DNA of 64,000 nt from an uncultured Chloroflexia bacterium (GTDB taxonomy: Bacteria; Chloroflexota; Dehalococcoidia; DSTF01; JALHUB01), in assembly GCA_963703345.1 (NCBI GenBank), contig OY969814.1, forward strand, positions 1,600,001 to 1,664,000, in the 5' to 3' direction. The notes under the pieces are model-generated. The model made no database searches. It was given only the letters and a program-made list of their open reading frames with translations, and was not told the DNA's origin. The position numbers and the translations under genes were made by a program. Positions 38,669-47,959 of this stretch are shown one piece after another (position 1 is the first letter of the stretch; every line of letters starts with the position of its first letter).

Positions 38669-39408
38669 ACAGCGTCCCCTCCGGCGGCGGCCTGCGGCGT
38701 CCCATGGAGCTGGGGCAGATCGTCAACACGGCGATCAAAGTCTACCGGCAGAACTTCGGCGAGTTCCTGGCGATTGCGGCCGTCACCCTGCCTATCAGCG
38801 CGATAGGGGCCATCCTGGGAGGTCTCATCGAAGACAGGGTGACTGCCGGGGTTGTCGTCGCGGTCTTCACTGTGCTCAGCGCGGTGATCACGCTGGTCGC
38901 CGATGCGGCTCTGGTGCGCGGCGTGGCGGACGTTGCCGAGGGCATACCGCCGGACTTCAACTACGTGTACGTGCGCGTCTTCGAACGGCTGGGCGCGCTC
39001 TTCCTGACCGTCCTGCGCGTGCTGGTGATATTCATAGCGCTCTGTATTACTGTCGTTGGCATTCCCTTCGCAGTCTATTTCCTCGTGCGGTGGGCGTTCG
39101 TCACGCAGACCGTGATTATTGAAGGCCAGTCAGGCCACGGGGCGATGGAGCTCAGCGCCGGAGTCGTGCAGGGTTGCTGGTGGCGCACCCTAGGCGTCTT
39201 GTTCATCCTTGGACTGCTGGCAAGCTTTCCGACGGGCGCCGTCAGCCTGCTGTTCTCGGCGGCAGCGCCGGTTGCGGGCAGCCTGGCGAGCGCGGTGGTC
39301 GCGGTCATCGTGCTGCCATTCAGCGCCACGGCGTCGACGCTGCTGTTCTTCGATCTGCAAAGCAGGGAGCGCGAACGTGTCAGTATTGCTCGAGACGAAT
39401 CTGCCTAA
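38665..39408 (+). CDS. multi-pass membrane protein of unknown function
   Basis: LRRPMELGQI N-terminus, about 5 hydrophobic segments, overlaps purB and purC. Confidence 0.7.
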   Translation: MNSVPSGGGLRRPMELGQIVNTAIKVYRQNFGEFLAIAAVTLPISAIGAILGGLIEDRVTAGVVVAVFTVLSAVITLVADAALVRGVADVAEGIPPDFNYVYVRVFERLGALFLTVLRVLVIFIALCITVVGIPFAVYFLVRWAFVTQTVIIEGQSGHGAMELSAGVVQGCWWRTLGVLFILGLLASFPTGAVSLLFSAAAPVAGSLASAVVAVIVLPFSATASTLLFFDLQSRERERVSIARDESA

Positions 39409-40264
39409 CCTCTTCGCGCGCGGCAAGGTGCGCGATACGTACGATCTCGGCGACGGACGGCTGCTCATCGTTGCCACGGACCGCATCTCGGCGTTCGACG
39501 TCGTGCTGCCGCAGGGGGTGCCGGACAAGGGCGCGGTGCTGACGCAACTCTCGGCGTTCTGGTTCGAGATGACGGCGGACGTGATGCCGAACCACTTCCT
39601 ACGCCTGATCAGCAACTGCGACAACGCGGATTTGCCGTTCCCCTGCTCCCACGACATCGCCGGCCGGTCGATGGTGGTGAAGAAGGCGAAGCGGCTGGAC
39701 ATCGAGTGCGTGGCGCGCGGCTACCTGTCGGGCTCCGGCTGGGCGGAGTATCGGGAGTCGGGCTCGGTGTGCGGCATCCGGCTGCCGGCGGGGCTGCGGC
39801 AGAGCGACAAGCTGCCCGAGCCGATATTCACGCCGTCGACGAAGGCGGAGAGCGGCCACGACCTGAACATCGACTTCGCGCGGGTCGCGGATATGGTCGG
39901 CGCGGAGACGGCAGCCGGCATGCGCGACGCAACTCTGGCGATCTACCGCTTTGCGGCGGACTTCGCCCGCCAGCGGGGCATCATCATCGCCGACACGAAG
40001 ATCGAGCTGGGACGGCACGACGGCCGGCTCATAGCGATCGACGAGCTGCTTACACCGGACTCCAGCCGCTTCTGGGACATCGAGACGTACGAGCCCGGCA
40101 AGTCGCAGCCGAGCTTCGACAAGCAGCCGGTGCGCGATTGGCTGACGGCGTCGGGCTGGAACCGGGAGCCGCCACCGCCGGACCTGCCGGACGAGGTGGT
40201 CGCCGACACGTCGGCGCGGTACCGGGAGGCGTTCCGCCGTTTGACGGGACATGACCTGTTCTAG
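39377..40264 (+). CDS. purC: SAICAR synthase
   Basis: GKVRD, DRISAFD, FTPSTKA, DELLTPDSSRFW. Confidence 0.97.
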   Translation: MSVLLETNLPNLFARGKVRDTYDLGDGRLLIVATDRISAFDVVLPQGVPDKGAVLTQLSAFWFEMTADVMPNHFLRLISNCDNADLPFPCSHDIAGRSMVVKKAKRLDIECVARGYLSGSGWAEYRESGSVCGIRLPAGLRQSDKLPEPIFTPSTKAESGHDLNIDFARVADMVGAETAAGMRDATLAIYRFAADFARQRGIIIADTKIELGRHDGRLIAIDELLTPDSSRFWDIETYEPGKSQPSFDKQPVRDWLTASGWNREPPPPDLPDEVVADTSARYREAFRRLTGHDLF

Positions 40265-40298
40265 CGCCGTGCCTACCGAGAGGCAGGAGGAGTTTCAG

Positions 40299-40553
40299 GT
40301 GTTTCTTGCGAAGGTTTACGTGACGTTGAAGCCGACGGTCAACGACCCGCAGGGGCTGACGATCCGGGGTGGATTGCACTCGCTGGGGTTCAACAGCGTG
40401 GAGGCGGTGCGAGCCGGGAAGTACCTGGAGATACGCGTCGCGGGGTCGGACCGGGGGCAGGCGGAGTCGCAGGTGCACGAGATGTGCCGTCAGCTCCTAG
40501 CGAACCCGATCATCGAGGACTACCGCTTCGAGATCGAGGAGGCGGCGGGCTAG
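40299..40553 (+). CDS. purS: FGAM synthase subunit PurS
   Basis: LKPTVNDPQG, LLANPIIE. Confidence 0.95.
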   Translation: MFLAKVYVTLKPTVNDPQGLTIRGGLHSLGFNSVEAVRAGKYLEIRVAGSDRGQAESQVHEMCRQLLANPIIEDYRFEIEEAAG

Positions 40554-40652
40554 AGCGTGCCTTTTGTGGCGGGAATTTCCCCTGCTTGAATCGGGCGGCC
40601 GAACACAGTCCTGAGGGTTGAAACGGTAATTGTATACTTGACACAAGGCTGC

Positions 40653-40811
40653 TCACCTGCTATTCTTGTCTTGTGATGATGATGCAGATTCGGTTTCAGG
40701 CTTCTCGGGGTGAGCGAGCTTCTTCAAATGCTTCGCGGCTTTCTTCGGAAAGACGCGTTTCGCAAGTTCTTCGCTCGTCATCTCGTGGGCCTTCTTCTTA
40801 CGCTTGGGCAT
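40653..40811 (-). CDS. small basic 52-aa ORF in the IS left end (MPKRKKKAHEMTSEELAKRVFPKK...)
   Basis: Open frame divergent from the transposase, GGAG upstream. Confidence 0.5.
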   Translation of the reverse strand: MPKRKKKAHEMTSEELAKRVFPKKAAKHLKKLAHPEKPETESASSSQDKNSR

Positions 40812-40823
40812 AGGAGAACTCCA

Positions 40824-41732
40824 ATGACAACTGAGCAGTTAGACGAAATGAACTTGATGCAGCTAATCGAGGACTTCGGTAGCGAAGAGAAATGCCGCGA
40901 GGTTCTAGAAGAACTTCGCTGGCCGGACGGCGTGCGTTGCCCGCGTTGTCAGTCTGACAAGATTTCCCGCATCCGGGGTCGTGGCCAGTTTGATTGTGAC
41001 TCATGCCGCTACCAGTTCTCCGTTACCGCTGGCACTATCTTTCACGACTCCCATCTGCCGCTTCGCAAATGGTTCGTCGCCGTCTACCTGATTTCTGAAT
41101 CTAAGAAGGGCATCTCCTCGAACCAACTGAAGCGCATCTTGGGCACGACGTATAAGACGGCCTGGTATCTGACGCACCGGATTCGCGCCGCTATGAGCGA
41201 CGGGCAAGCGCCGCTGCTTAAGGGCATCGTTGAAGTAGATGAGACCTATATCGGCGCTAGGGTTCGCGGGAAGGGACGCGGGTATATCGGCAACAAGACG
41301 ATGGTACTCGGCGCTGTTGAACGGGGTGGCGAAATCCGACTCCGCATCGGCAAGAACACCTCCGCGAAGACATTCCACCGCTTTATTCGCGACACGGTTG
41401 ATGACGACGCCGAAGCCATCTACACCGACCAACACCAGTCCTACATGGGCATCGATGACAGCAACACGCGGCATGAGACGGTCAACCACAACCTTGATGA
41501 GTGGGTCCGCGGTGACGTTCACACCAACACCGTAGAGGGCGTCTGGTCGCTCCTGAAGCGCTCTATCGTCGGTTCCTATCACCATCTCAGCGTCCAACAT
41601 CTTCCCGCCTACCTTGACGAAATCACGTTCCGCTTCAACAACCGCAACAACCCGTACCTTTTCCGCGATACACTCCTCAAGCTCATTGGGGCTGAGAATC
41701 TGCGGTACTCGGAGTTGACGGCTCGCTCATGA
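40824..41732 (+). CDS. IS1595-family DDE transposase
   Basis: CPRC..CDSC Zn ribbon, GISS, EVDETY, YTD, HTNTVEG, YLDEITFRFN. Confidence 0.95.
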   Translation: MTTEQLDEMNLMQLIEDFGSEEKCREVLEELRWPDGVRCPRCQSDKISRIRGRGQFDCDSCRYQFSVTAGTIFHDSHLPLRKWFVAVYLISESKKGISSNQLKRILGTTYKTAWYLTHRIRAAMSDGQAPLLKGIVEVDETYIGARVRGKGRGYIGNKTMVLGAVERGGEIRLRIGKNTSAKTFHRFIRDTVDDDAEAIYTDQHQSYMGIDDSNTRHETVNHNLDEWVRGDVHTNTVEGVWSLLKRSIVGSYHHLSVQHLPAYLDEITFRFNNRNNPYLFRDTLLKLIGAENLRYSELTARS

Positions 41733-42293
41733 AGGTACAATTACCTCGGTCGAATATGGTGGGGAACTTCCTCCGTCCCAAATCAGACTGACCGTAAGTA
41801 TCCACGTTCCCGGCCTCAACGACCAACTTCGCCTGACTTCACCGAAATGCAAAAACTCGGCGCCGGTCACATAGTACCCTCGTGCAAGCGGTTGGCCCCT
41901 CAGCACCGGATGGGAAATGCTCCCGTCCGCGTCCAAATAGACATGTACATTAACCGGCTTGTCAGCGAAAAGAGGCATGATTGGTTTGCTGGTCGGGCCG
42001 TCAGTTATAAGCGCATCGCACTCAATGATGTCGCGTTCACCCGATGCGCGTTCAAATCGAATAGTAGCGCGACAGTCAACGGTGCGAGGCTTGATCCGTT
42101 TTCCAAACCAAATTGCATGGGACTGATTTTCACACCTGACGTTATGCAGTTGATGATAAGCGGCGCGTCTGTCAGTTGAATCGGCCCAAAGTGGCCCGAG
42201 GACAATGTGCGGATCGCGGTTCATGCCCAACTTTCCCCCAAGCCGCTTGAGCACCGCGATTGCAGCCGATTGGAGCACGTCGCCGAAAGGCAT
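41727..42293 (-). CDS. IS passenger gene, hypothetical protein
   Basis: 188-aa low-GC ORF inside the IRs, convergent on the transposase. Confidence 0.6.
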   Translation of the reverse strand: MPFGDVLQSAAIAVLKRLGGKLGMNRDPHIVLGPLWADSTDRRAAYHQLHNVRCENQSHAIWFGKRIKPRTVDCRATIRFERASGERDIIECDALITDGPTSKPIMPLFADKPVNVHVYLDADGSISHPVLRGQPLARGYYVTGAEFLHFGEVRRSWSLRPGTWILTVSLIWDGGSSPPYSTEVIVPS

Positions 42294-42430
42294 GCCCCTA
42301 CTGTACCACGCGCCGCCCTTGCGTCAAGTGTACAATTGCCGTTGAAACCCTCAGCCTTCGCCAATCAACGCTTCTGCATTGTCCAGGAGAAATGAGCGCG
42401 GTCTCGCGCGTGTCAGCGGTTGCCGCGGAG

Positions 42431-42539
42431 GAGAATGCAGAGAGGGATTTACCCTCTCTGCCGGGGTTCAAGGGGTGTCCCCTTGATTCTGGGAAACGCC
42501 ATGAGGGTGGGCGGGTGGGAAGAGAAACGCCGATGTTGC
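42431..42539 (+). repeat. dispersed double-hairpin repeat, copy 3
   Basis: Colinear similarity to 3402-3500, including the GAGGG.GGG.GGG.GGGAAGA...ATGTTGC tail. Confidence 0.75.
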
Positions 42540-42660
42540 GTTGACCACCCCGACGTCGCTACGCCATCAGACGCCCGTTGGAGAAAAGGCGAGGAGCCGA
42601 CCGAAGGAATCAGTGCTTCCACTGCGTCTCTGCAGCGTTTCCCCAGCGTCGGCGCGGGCG

Positions 42661-43251
42661 CTAGAGCGTCCCCTTTGTGCTGGGCACTTCGTTGCCGAGG
42701 CGCGGGTCGAGGCGCGTGGCCGCTCCGAGGGCGCGGGCAAGAGCCTTGAAGACGGCCTCGGCTTTGTGGTGATCGCTGGCGCCGGCAAGCGTGCGGGCGT
42801 GAAGCGTCATCTGGCTCTCGGTGGCAATCGACCAGAGCATGTGGCCGATGAGGTCGGTCGGAAGCTCACCCACCTTCTCTCCCGTCCATGACAGATCCAG
42901 CGCCGCGTAGCCGCGTCCGCTGAGGTCGACGGCGACGAGCGCCAGCGCCTCGTCGAGGGGCACGACGGCGTGGCCGAAGCGCACGATGCCCTCGCGCTTG
43001 CCAAGCGCCTTCTTCAGGGCGCGGCCGAGACAGATCGCAACGTCTTCCGCCGTGTGGTGCGGGTCGATCTGGAGATCGCCCCGCGCTTGTATCGTTATGT
43101 CAATTCGACCGTGACGCGCGATCTGCTCCAGGAGATGGTCGAGCATGCCGACGCCGGTCTCGATGGCGGCGCGGCCGCTGCCGTCGAGGTCAACTTCGAC
43201 GGAGACCCGCGTCTCTTTGGTCTCGCGCTCTTCTTTACCGCGACGTTCCAC
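42661..43251 (-). CDS. hisB: imidazoleglycerol-phosphate dehydratase (monofunctional)
   Basis: RETKET, DPHHTAED, PLDEA, HHKAEA, PSTKG. Confidence 0.97.
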   Translation of the reverse strand: MERRGKEERETKETRVSVEVDLDGSGRAAIETGVGMLDHLLEQIARHGRIDITIQARGDLQIDPHHTAEDVAICLGRALKKALGKREGIVRFGHAVVPLDEALALVAVDLSGRGYAALDLSWTGEKVGELPTDLIGHMLWSIATESQMTLHARTLAGASDHHKAEAVFKALARALGAATRLDPRLGNEVPSTKGTL

Positions 43252-44350
43252 GGCTCCCTCCTATCTCTTTCAGCGCGTCGATAAGGGCGCGACGGTGCTC
43301 CGGCAGGCCGACGCTTATGCGCAGGCAGTTGCAGAGCGAAGGCGCGTCGGGGCGGCGCACCATGATGCCCCGCCGTCGCAGCTCTTCCTGGAGCGCGCCG
43401 ACGTCGATGCCGTCGATCCGGCAAAGGATGAAGTTGGCCTGCGAAGGCATCGGCTCCAGGTAGGGGACGCCGGCCAGGGCACGGAACAGCTCTTCCCGTT
43501 CCGCCACCAGCAGGCGAACGCGCTCCCGCAGCACGCCGGCGTCCTCCAGCGAGGCGAGCATGGCCGCCTGCGCGGCGACGTTCAGGTTGTACGGCTGCTT
43601 GATCTTGAAGATGACCTCGGCGACGGACGGCGGGAAGATGCCAAAGCCGACGCGCAGCCCGGCGAGGCCGGCCCACTTGCTGAAGGTGCGCAGGACGATG
43701 AGGTTGGCTCCCTCCGCAACGCGGTCGGCGAAGCTGCGGCCGGCGAACTCGACGTAGGCTTCGTCGAGGACGACGACAAGGCCGGTGGTGAGCAGGGCGT
43801 CGAGGTCCGCCTCGGAGATGACGTTGCCGGTCGGGTTGTTGGGCGAGGCGACGAAGATGACTTTCGCATCATTCGCGACAGCGCGAATCGCCGTCAGGTC
43901 AAGCGCGAAATCGTCGGAGCGACGCGGCACGTCTATCAGGCGCGCGCCGGCGACGTTCGTGAGGAACGGGTACATTCCGAAGGTCGGCGGGCAGTTGACG
44001 ACGGCGTCACCAGGTCGAAGGAAGGCGCGCAGCACGAGGTCCATTATCTCGTCGCTGCCGGTGCCGAAGACGATCTGCTCGAACGGGACGTCGAGGTAGC
44101 AGGATAGGGAGCGACGGGCCTGGCGCTGGAGCGGGTCGGGATAGATGTGGTAGTGGCGATAGCCGGCGAGCGCTTCCAGGGCCTTCGGCGACGGGCCGTA
44201 GGGGTTCTCGTTGCCGTCGAGCTTGACGATGCTTTCCGGCGGCAGGCCGAGGCGGCGCGCCAGCTCATCGACAGGCTCGATGGCCTCGTAGCCGGGCATG
44301 GCAGCCAATTCAGGCCGAATGCTTTTGCTCAGGTCGCCTTCTTCACTCAC
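43235..44350 (-). CDS. hisC: histidinol-phosphate aminotransferase
   Basis: LDGNENPY, SPNNPTG, DEAY, RTFSKWAGLAGLR; start approximate. Confidence 0.95.
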   Translation of the reverse strand: MSEEGDLSKSIRPELAAMPGYEAIEPVDELARRLGLPPESIVKLDGNENPYGPSPKALEALAGYRHYHIYPDPLQRQARRSLSCYLDVPFEQIVFGTGSDEIMDLVLRAFLRPGDAVVNCPPTFGMYPFLTNVAGARLIDVPRRSDDFALDLTAIRAVANDAKVIFVASPNNPTGNVISEADLDALLTTGLVVVLDEAYVEFAGRSFADRVAEGANLIVLRTFSKWAGLAGLRVGFGIFPPSVAEVIFKIKQPYNLNVAAQAAMLASLEDAGVLRERVRLLVAEREELFRALAGVPYLEPMPSQANFILCRIDGIDVGALQEELRRRGIMVRRPDAPSLCNCLRISVGLPEHRRALIDALKEIGGSRGTSR

Positions 44351-44414
44351 GGTGCTCACTCTACAGGCGCTGAGGAAGACCGGCAAGCGAGACCTTCTCA
44401 GCATGCCGCCGCCG

Positions 44415-44455
44415 CCAAGACTGGAAAGTCGTGCCTACTGGCAGTTCTCGGCTAC
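44415..44455 (-). repeat. REP palindrome interrupted by a ~15-17-nt insert
   Basis: CCAAGACTGGAAAGTC[GTGCCTACTGGCAGT]TCTCGGCTAC. Confidence 0.55.
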
Positions 44456-44472
44456 GCGGGTATCTAGAATGG

Positions 44473-45801
44473 CTAAGGCTTTTGTTTGTTGAGTCGCATC
44501 TCGATGGCGCGGGCGTGCGCGGTCAGACCTTCGGCGCGGGCGATAGCCGCCGCGGCCGGGCCGAGCGCGCGCAGGGCGTCTTCGCCGACATCGACGACGT
44601 TGGTTATCTTCAGGAAGTCTAGCACGTTGAGCGGCGAGGAGTAGCGCGCGCTGCCGCCGGTAGGCATCACGTGGCTCGGGCCAGCCGTGTAGTCGCCCAT
44701 AGCTTCCGGAGAGGACTCGCCGACGAACAGGCCGCCAGCGTTGCGGACGCCCTCGGCCCAGCGGGCGGCGTCGCGGACCAGCAGGCAGAGGTGCTCCGGC
44801 GCGAACTCGTTTGCCAGCGCCATCGCCTCGTCGAGGTCGGACGTGACGACGATGCCACCGTTCGCCAGCGCCACGCGGGCCACCGCCGAGCGCTCGATCT
44901 GCGCCAATTGCCGCTCCACCTCCTGGTCGACGGCCTTAGCCAGCGCAAGGGAAGGCGTCAGCAGGATCGGGCGGGCGAGCTCGTCGTGCTCAGCCTGGGC
45001 GAGGAGATCGGCGGCGCAGAGCGCGGCGTCGGCGGACTCGTCGCCGATGACCACCGTCTCGGTCGGGCCGTACATCGCGTCGATGCCGACGCTGCCGAAG
45101 AGCTGCTGCTTGGCGAGGGTGACGAAGAGGTTGCCGGGACCGCAAATCTTGTCGACTCTCGGGATGGTCTGCGTGCCGAAGGCCAGCGCGGCCACGGCCT
45201 GAGCACCGCCGGCGCAGAAGACGGCATCGACGCCGGCGATTTCGGCGGCGATGAGCTTCAGCGGCGAGACGCGGCCGTCGGGGCTGGCCGGCGTGGCCAC
45301 GTGGACGCTGGGAACGCCAGCGACTTTGGCGGGAATGACTGTCATGAGGATCGACGACGGGTAGACGATGGCGCTGCCGGCCGCGTACATGCCCACGCGC
45401 TCGATGGGGCGCACGCGCATGCCGAGACCGTCCTGCAGGAAGCTACGCTGGGTGTGCTGCAGTTGCAGCTCGTGGAAGGAGCGGATGCGGGCGGCGGCGA
45501 AGCGCAGGCGCTCGACGAGGGCGGAGTCGACCTCTCGGTAGGCTGCCTGGGCCTGCTCGGGCGGGACCCGGAGCGGCGGCGACGCCACGCCGTCGAAGGC
45601 CTCGCCGTAGCGGAGGACGGCGGCATCGCCTTGGGCACGTACGTCGGCGATGATGCGCGCCACGGCCTCAGCGGGCGAGAGATCGGCGCCGAAGACGCGA
45701 CCCGTCATCTCGCGGACGTGCTCCGGCACCTCCATCTCGGACAGGGGGCGCCGGAGCAGGACTGTCTTGCGTCCTTCTTCCGCGCCTTCGACGATCCTCA
45801 T
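44473..45801 (-). CDS. hisD: histidinol dehydrogenase
   Basis: GGAQAVAA, GPGN, QAEHD, APEHL, GDY.AGPSHV. Confidence 0.97.
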   Translation of the reverse strand: MRIVEGAEEGRKTVLLRRPLSEMEVPEHVREMTGRVFGADLSPAEAVARIIADVRAQGDAAVLRYGEAFDGVASPPLRVPPEQAQAAYREVDSALVERLRFAAARIRSFHELQLQHTQRSFLQDGLGMRVRPIERVGMYAAGSAIVYPSSILMTVIPAKVAGVPSVHVATPASPDGRVSPLKLIAAEIAGVDAVFCAGGAQAVAALAFGTQTIPRVDKICGPGNLFVTLAKQQLFGSVGIDAMYGPTETVVIGDESADAALCAADLLAQAEHDELARPILLTPSLALAKAVDQEVERQLAQIERSAVARVALANGGIVVTSDLDEAMALANEFAPEHLCLLVRDAARWAEGVRNAGGLFVGESSPEAMGDYTAGPSHVMPTGGSARYSSPLNVLDFLKITNVVDVGEDALRALGPAAAAIARAEGLTAHARAIEMRLNKQKP

Positions 45802-46550
45802 CGCAGGTACTCCTCAAGAGCGCTCAGGGCAAGCGCCCGCGCTTTCTCCACGAACGCCTCCCGTTGCTGCGGACTCACGTGCTGTCGCGCCTCCTCCACG
45901 AGTTGCGGCAGGGTCTTCATGAACTCCTCGACCTCTTCGGGCGTGGAGACGCCGACGAGGCCGAGAAAGCGGCTGGCCGTCTTCGGGAAGCGGCCCCAGG
46001 TCGGCGGCAGGGACGCCGTCATGACGGCGAGATCGTGCCAGCGACTGATCAGCTCCGGCACCACGAAATCGACATCGACGGCGTGCGGGCTGGCGACAAG
46101 GGCGTCCCGTATCTCGTCCATCGCCGCTCGGTCCCGCCGTCGCTGGAGGTCCATCTCGTACTGAAGGACGCGGTCCAGGACGTTGGCCCGCGCGCTTCCT
46201 CCGAGCGTCGAGTCGGGGCCGAAGAACGGCCGGTAGATGTCGGTTATCCATACTACGTCCATGACGAGATGGGTCAAGTAGCCCGATACGAACGCCGCCG
46301 TGGAGTCGCCGAGCTTCCAGGCGTCCCTGAGGTCGCGGTGAGAGCGGAAGAACGACTCCACGCTGTCCTGCTCGTCAAGGCAGTCCAGGTCGAAGTAGTG
46401 CGACGAGATGCGCCTCTCGCGCGAGAGGACGTGCATGTCCGGGCCGGTCGAGCCGAGGTAGTAGGCGCCCCTGTCCGCGTCGATTAGCGTGTTCTCGAGG
46501 GCGTTTGCCAGGTCGCGCGCGACCGACATGTGGAATGCGAGATGCGGCAA
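45798..46550 (-). CDS. Zn-dependent phospholipase C / S1-P1 fold protein
   Basis: MP...H N-terminus, LGSTGPD, SHYF, GYLTHLVMD. Confidence 0.75.
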   Translation of the reverse strand: MPHLAFHMSVARDLANALENTLIDADRGAYYLGSTGPDMHVLSRERRISSHYFDLDCLDEQDSVESFFRSHRDLRDAWKLGDSTAAFVSGYLTHLVMDVVWITDIYRPFFGPDSTLGGSARANVLDRVLQYEMDLQRRRDRAAMDEIRDALVASPHAVDVDFVVPELISRWHDLAVMTASLPPTWGRFPKTASRFLGLVGVSTPEEVEEFMKTLPQLVEEARQHVSPQQREAFVEKARALALSALEEYLR

Positions 46551-46552
46551 AG

Positions 46553-47959
46553 CTACGCCCTCCTGAACAGCCCGAGAACGTGCTCCAGCAGCGGCCGCTT
46601 CTTCTCGTCGACGGGGCGGCTAGAAGCGATGACGCAGGCGGTCGACTCCATGAGCGCTTCTACGACCTTCAGCCGGTTGGCGGCAAGGGTTGCGCCGGTC
46701 TCCGTCCCCTCGATGAGCAGCTCGGCGTCTTCGGGGACGAAGCCCTCAGACGCACCGCCGATCGGGATGACTTTGTAGCGCGGCAGGTGGTGGTTGCGCG
46801 CGCAATCGTCGGCGATGTTGGCGTATTCGGAAGCGACTCGGACTGTCTTCTTGCCTTCGTCCCGCCAGAGAGCGACCGCTTCATCGATGCTGGCGGCGGG
46901 AAGCTCTTCGGAGACCACGGCGGCGACGCTGTAACGCCCGAGACCCAGGTTGACCGCCTCCGCGACGGGACTGCCTGGAAAGCGGCAGAGGTGGTCGAAG
47001 AGCCAGTCGCGGCCGGCGATGGCGAGGTCGAAGTGGCCCAGGGCGACCTGCTGCGGCATGTCCTGCGGCCGGACGACCTTGGCGACGAGACCCGGAAGCT
47101 CGGACCGCGGCCGGGCAACGTACTCGTCGACGCCGTAGCCGTGGAAGCGCAGGCCGGTAGCCTCCAGGGCGGCGACGGCGTGCTTCAGTTGGTGGCCGTC
47201 GGGCAGGGCGATGCGAACATTGCCGTTGGCAGCGGAGCCGGGCTCTTCGCGGGGACGGCGAGATGACCTGGCCGACGCCAGCGGCAGCAGCAGCGAGGGA
47301 CGGCCGTTGCCTTCCCTTCCGGCGGCGAGCGGCGAGTCGAGCAGCGTGCGCAGGTCCTTCTCGGCGAGGCTGCGTCGGTTGGCGATCAGCCAGACGGAGC
47401 TGTCGAGGAGCTTGTGTAGCGGAGTGAGGCCGCGTCTGCGCACCTGGTCGGCGTCCTTGGCCGAGATGAGCGCGAGGTCGGCGTCTTCGGGCGGGTAGAC
47501 TTCGGCGGCGCCCCAGACGGGGAAGATGCGATAGGAGGAGAGCCGGAGGCCCATGGCGAAGGCTTCTGCTATGTTCGCGTATTCGCTGACGATGCGCAGC
47601 CCACTGATCGCGGCCCAGTCGCGCACGTCGCCGTCGCGGCCGGCGGCAGCGGCGACGAACAGGGAGCGGCGGCCGACGTCGAGGTCGCGCAGCGGCACGA
47701 TGGCGTTCCTCGGGTAGCGTTGCGCCAGGTCTTCCACCCATTCCAGGCGGCAGATGCCGAAATCGTAGTTGCCGAGGGCGATCTGGATGGGGATGTCCTT
47801 CTCTCGGAAGACGCGCATCTGAATGCCGCCGTTGCTCTCGGGACCGAGAATGTAGGAGCGAGAGACGCCGGTGTACTCGCGGACGTCGAAGCCGGCAGCG
47901 GAAAGCGCGGCGCCGACGGGCTCGCGGAGATCGCCTGTGGGCAGGGCCAGCCTGATCAT
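46553..47959 (-). CDS. hisG: ATP phosphoribosyltransferase with two tandem HisG-short domains
   Basis: IRLALP..../IALPDG, two SEYANIA motifs, ETGATLAAN only in the second domain. Confidence 0.9.
   Translation of the reverse strand: MIRLALPTGDLREPVGAALSAAGFDVREYTGVSRSYILGPESNGGIQMRVFREKDIPIQIALGNYDFGICRLEWVEDLAQRYPRNAIVPLRDLDVGRRSLFVAAAAGRDGDVRDWAAISGLRIVSEYANIAEAFAMGLRLSSYRIFPVWGAAEVYPPEDADLALISAKDADQVRRRGLTPLHKLLDSSVWLIANRRSLAEKDLRTLLDSPLAAGREGNGRPSLLLPLASARSSRRPREEPGSAANGNVRIALPDGHQLKHAVAALEATGLRFHGYGVDEYVARPRSELPGLVAKVVRPQDMPQQVALGHFDLAIAGRDWLFDHLCRFPGSPVAEAVNLGLGRYSVAAVVSEELPAASIDEAVALWRDEGKKTVRVASEYANIADDCARNHHLPRYKVIPIGGASEGFVPEDAELLIEGTETGATLAANRLKVVEALMESTACVIASSRPVDEKKRPLLEHVLGLFRRA

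Larger units (their letters stand above)
40625..42340 (+). mobile_element. IS1595-family element carrying passenger gene(s)
   Basis: 24-bp terminal IRs with 3 mismatches (GGTAATTGTATACTTGACACAAGG); 8-bp TSD GTTGAAAC at 40617-40624 and 42341-42348. Confidence 0.92.
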
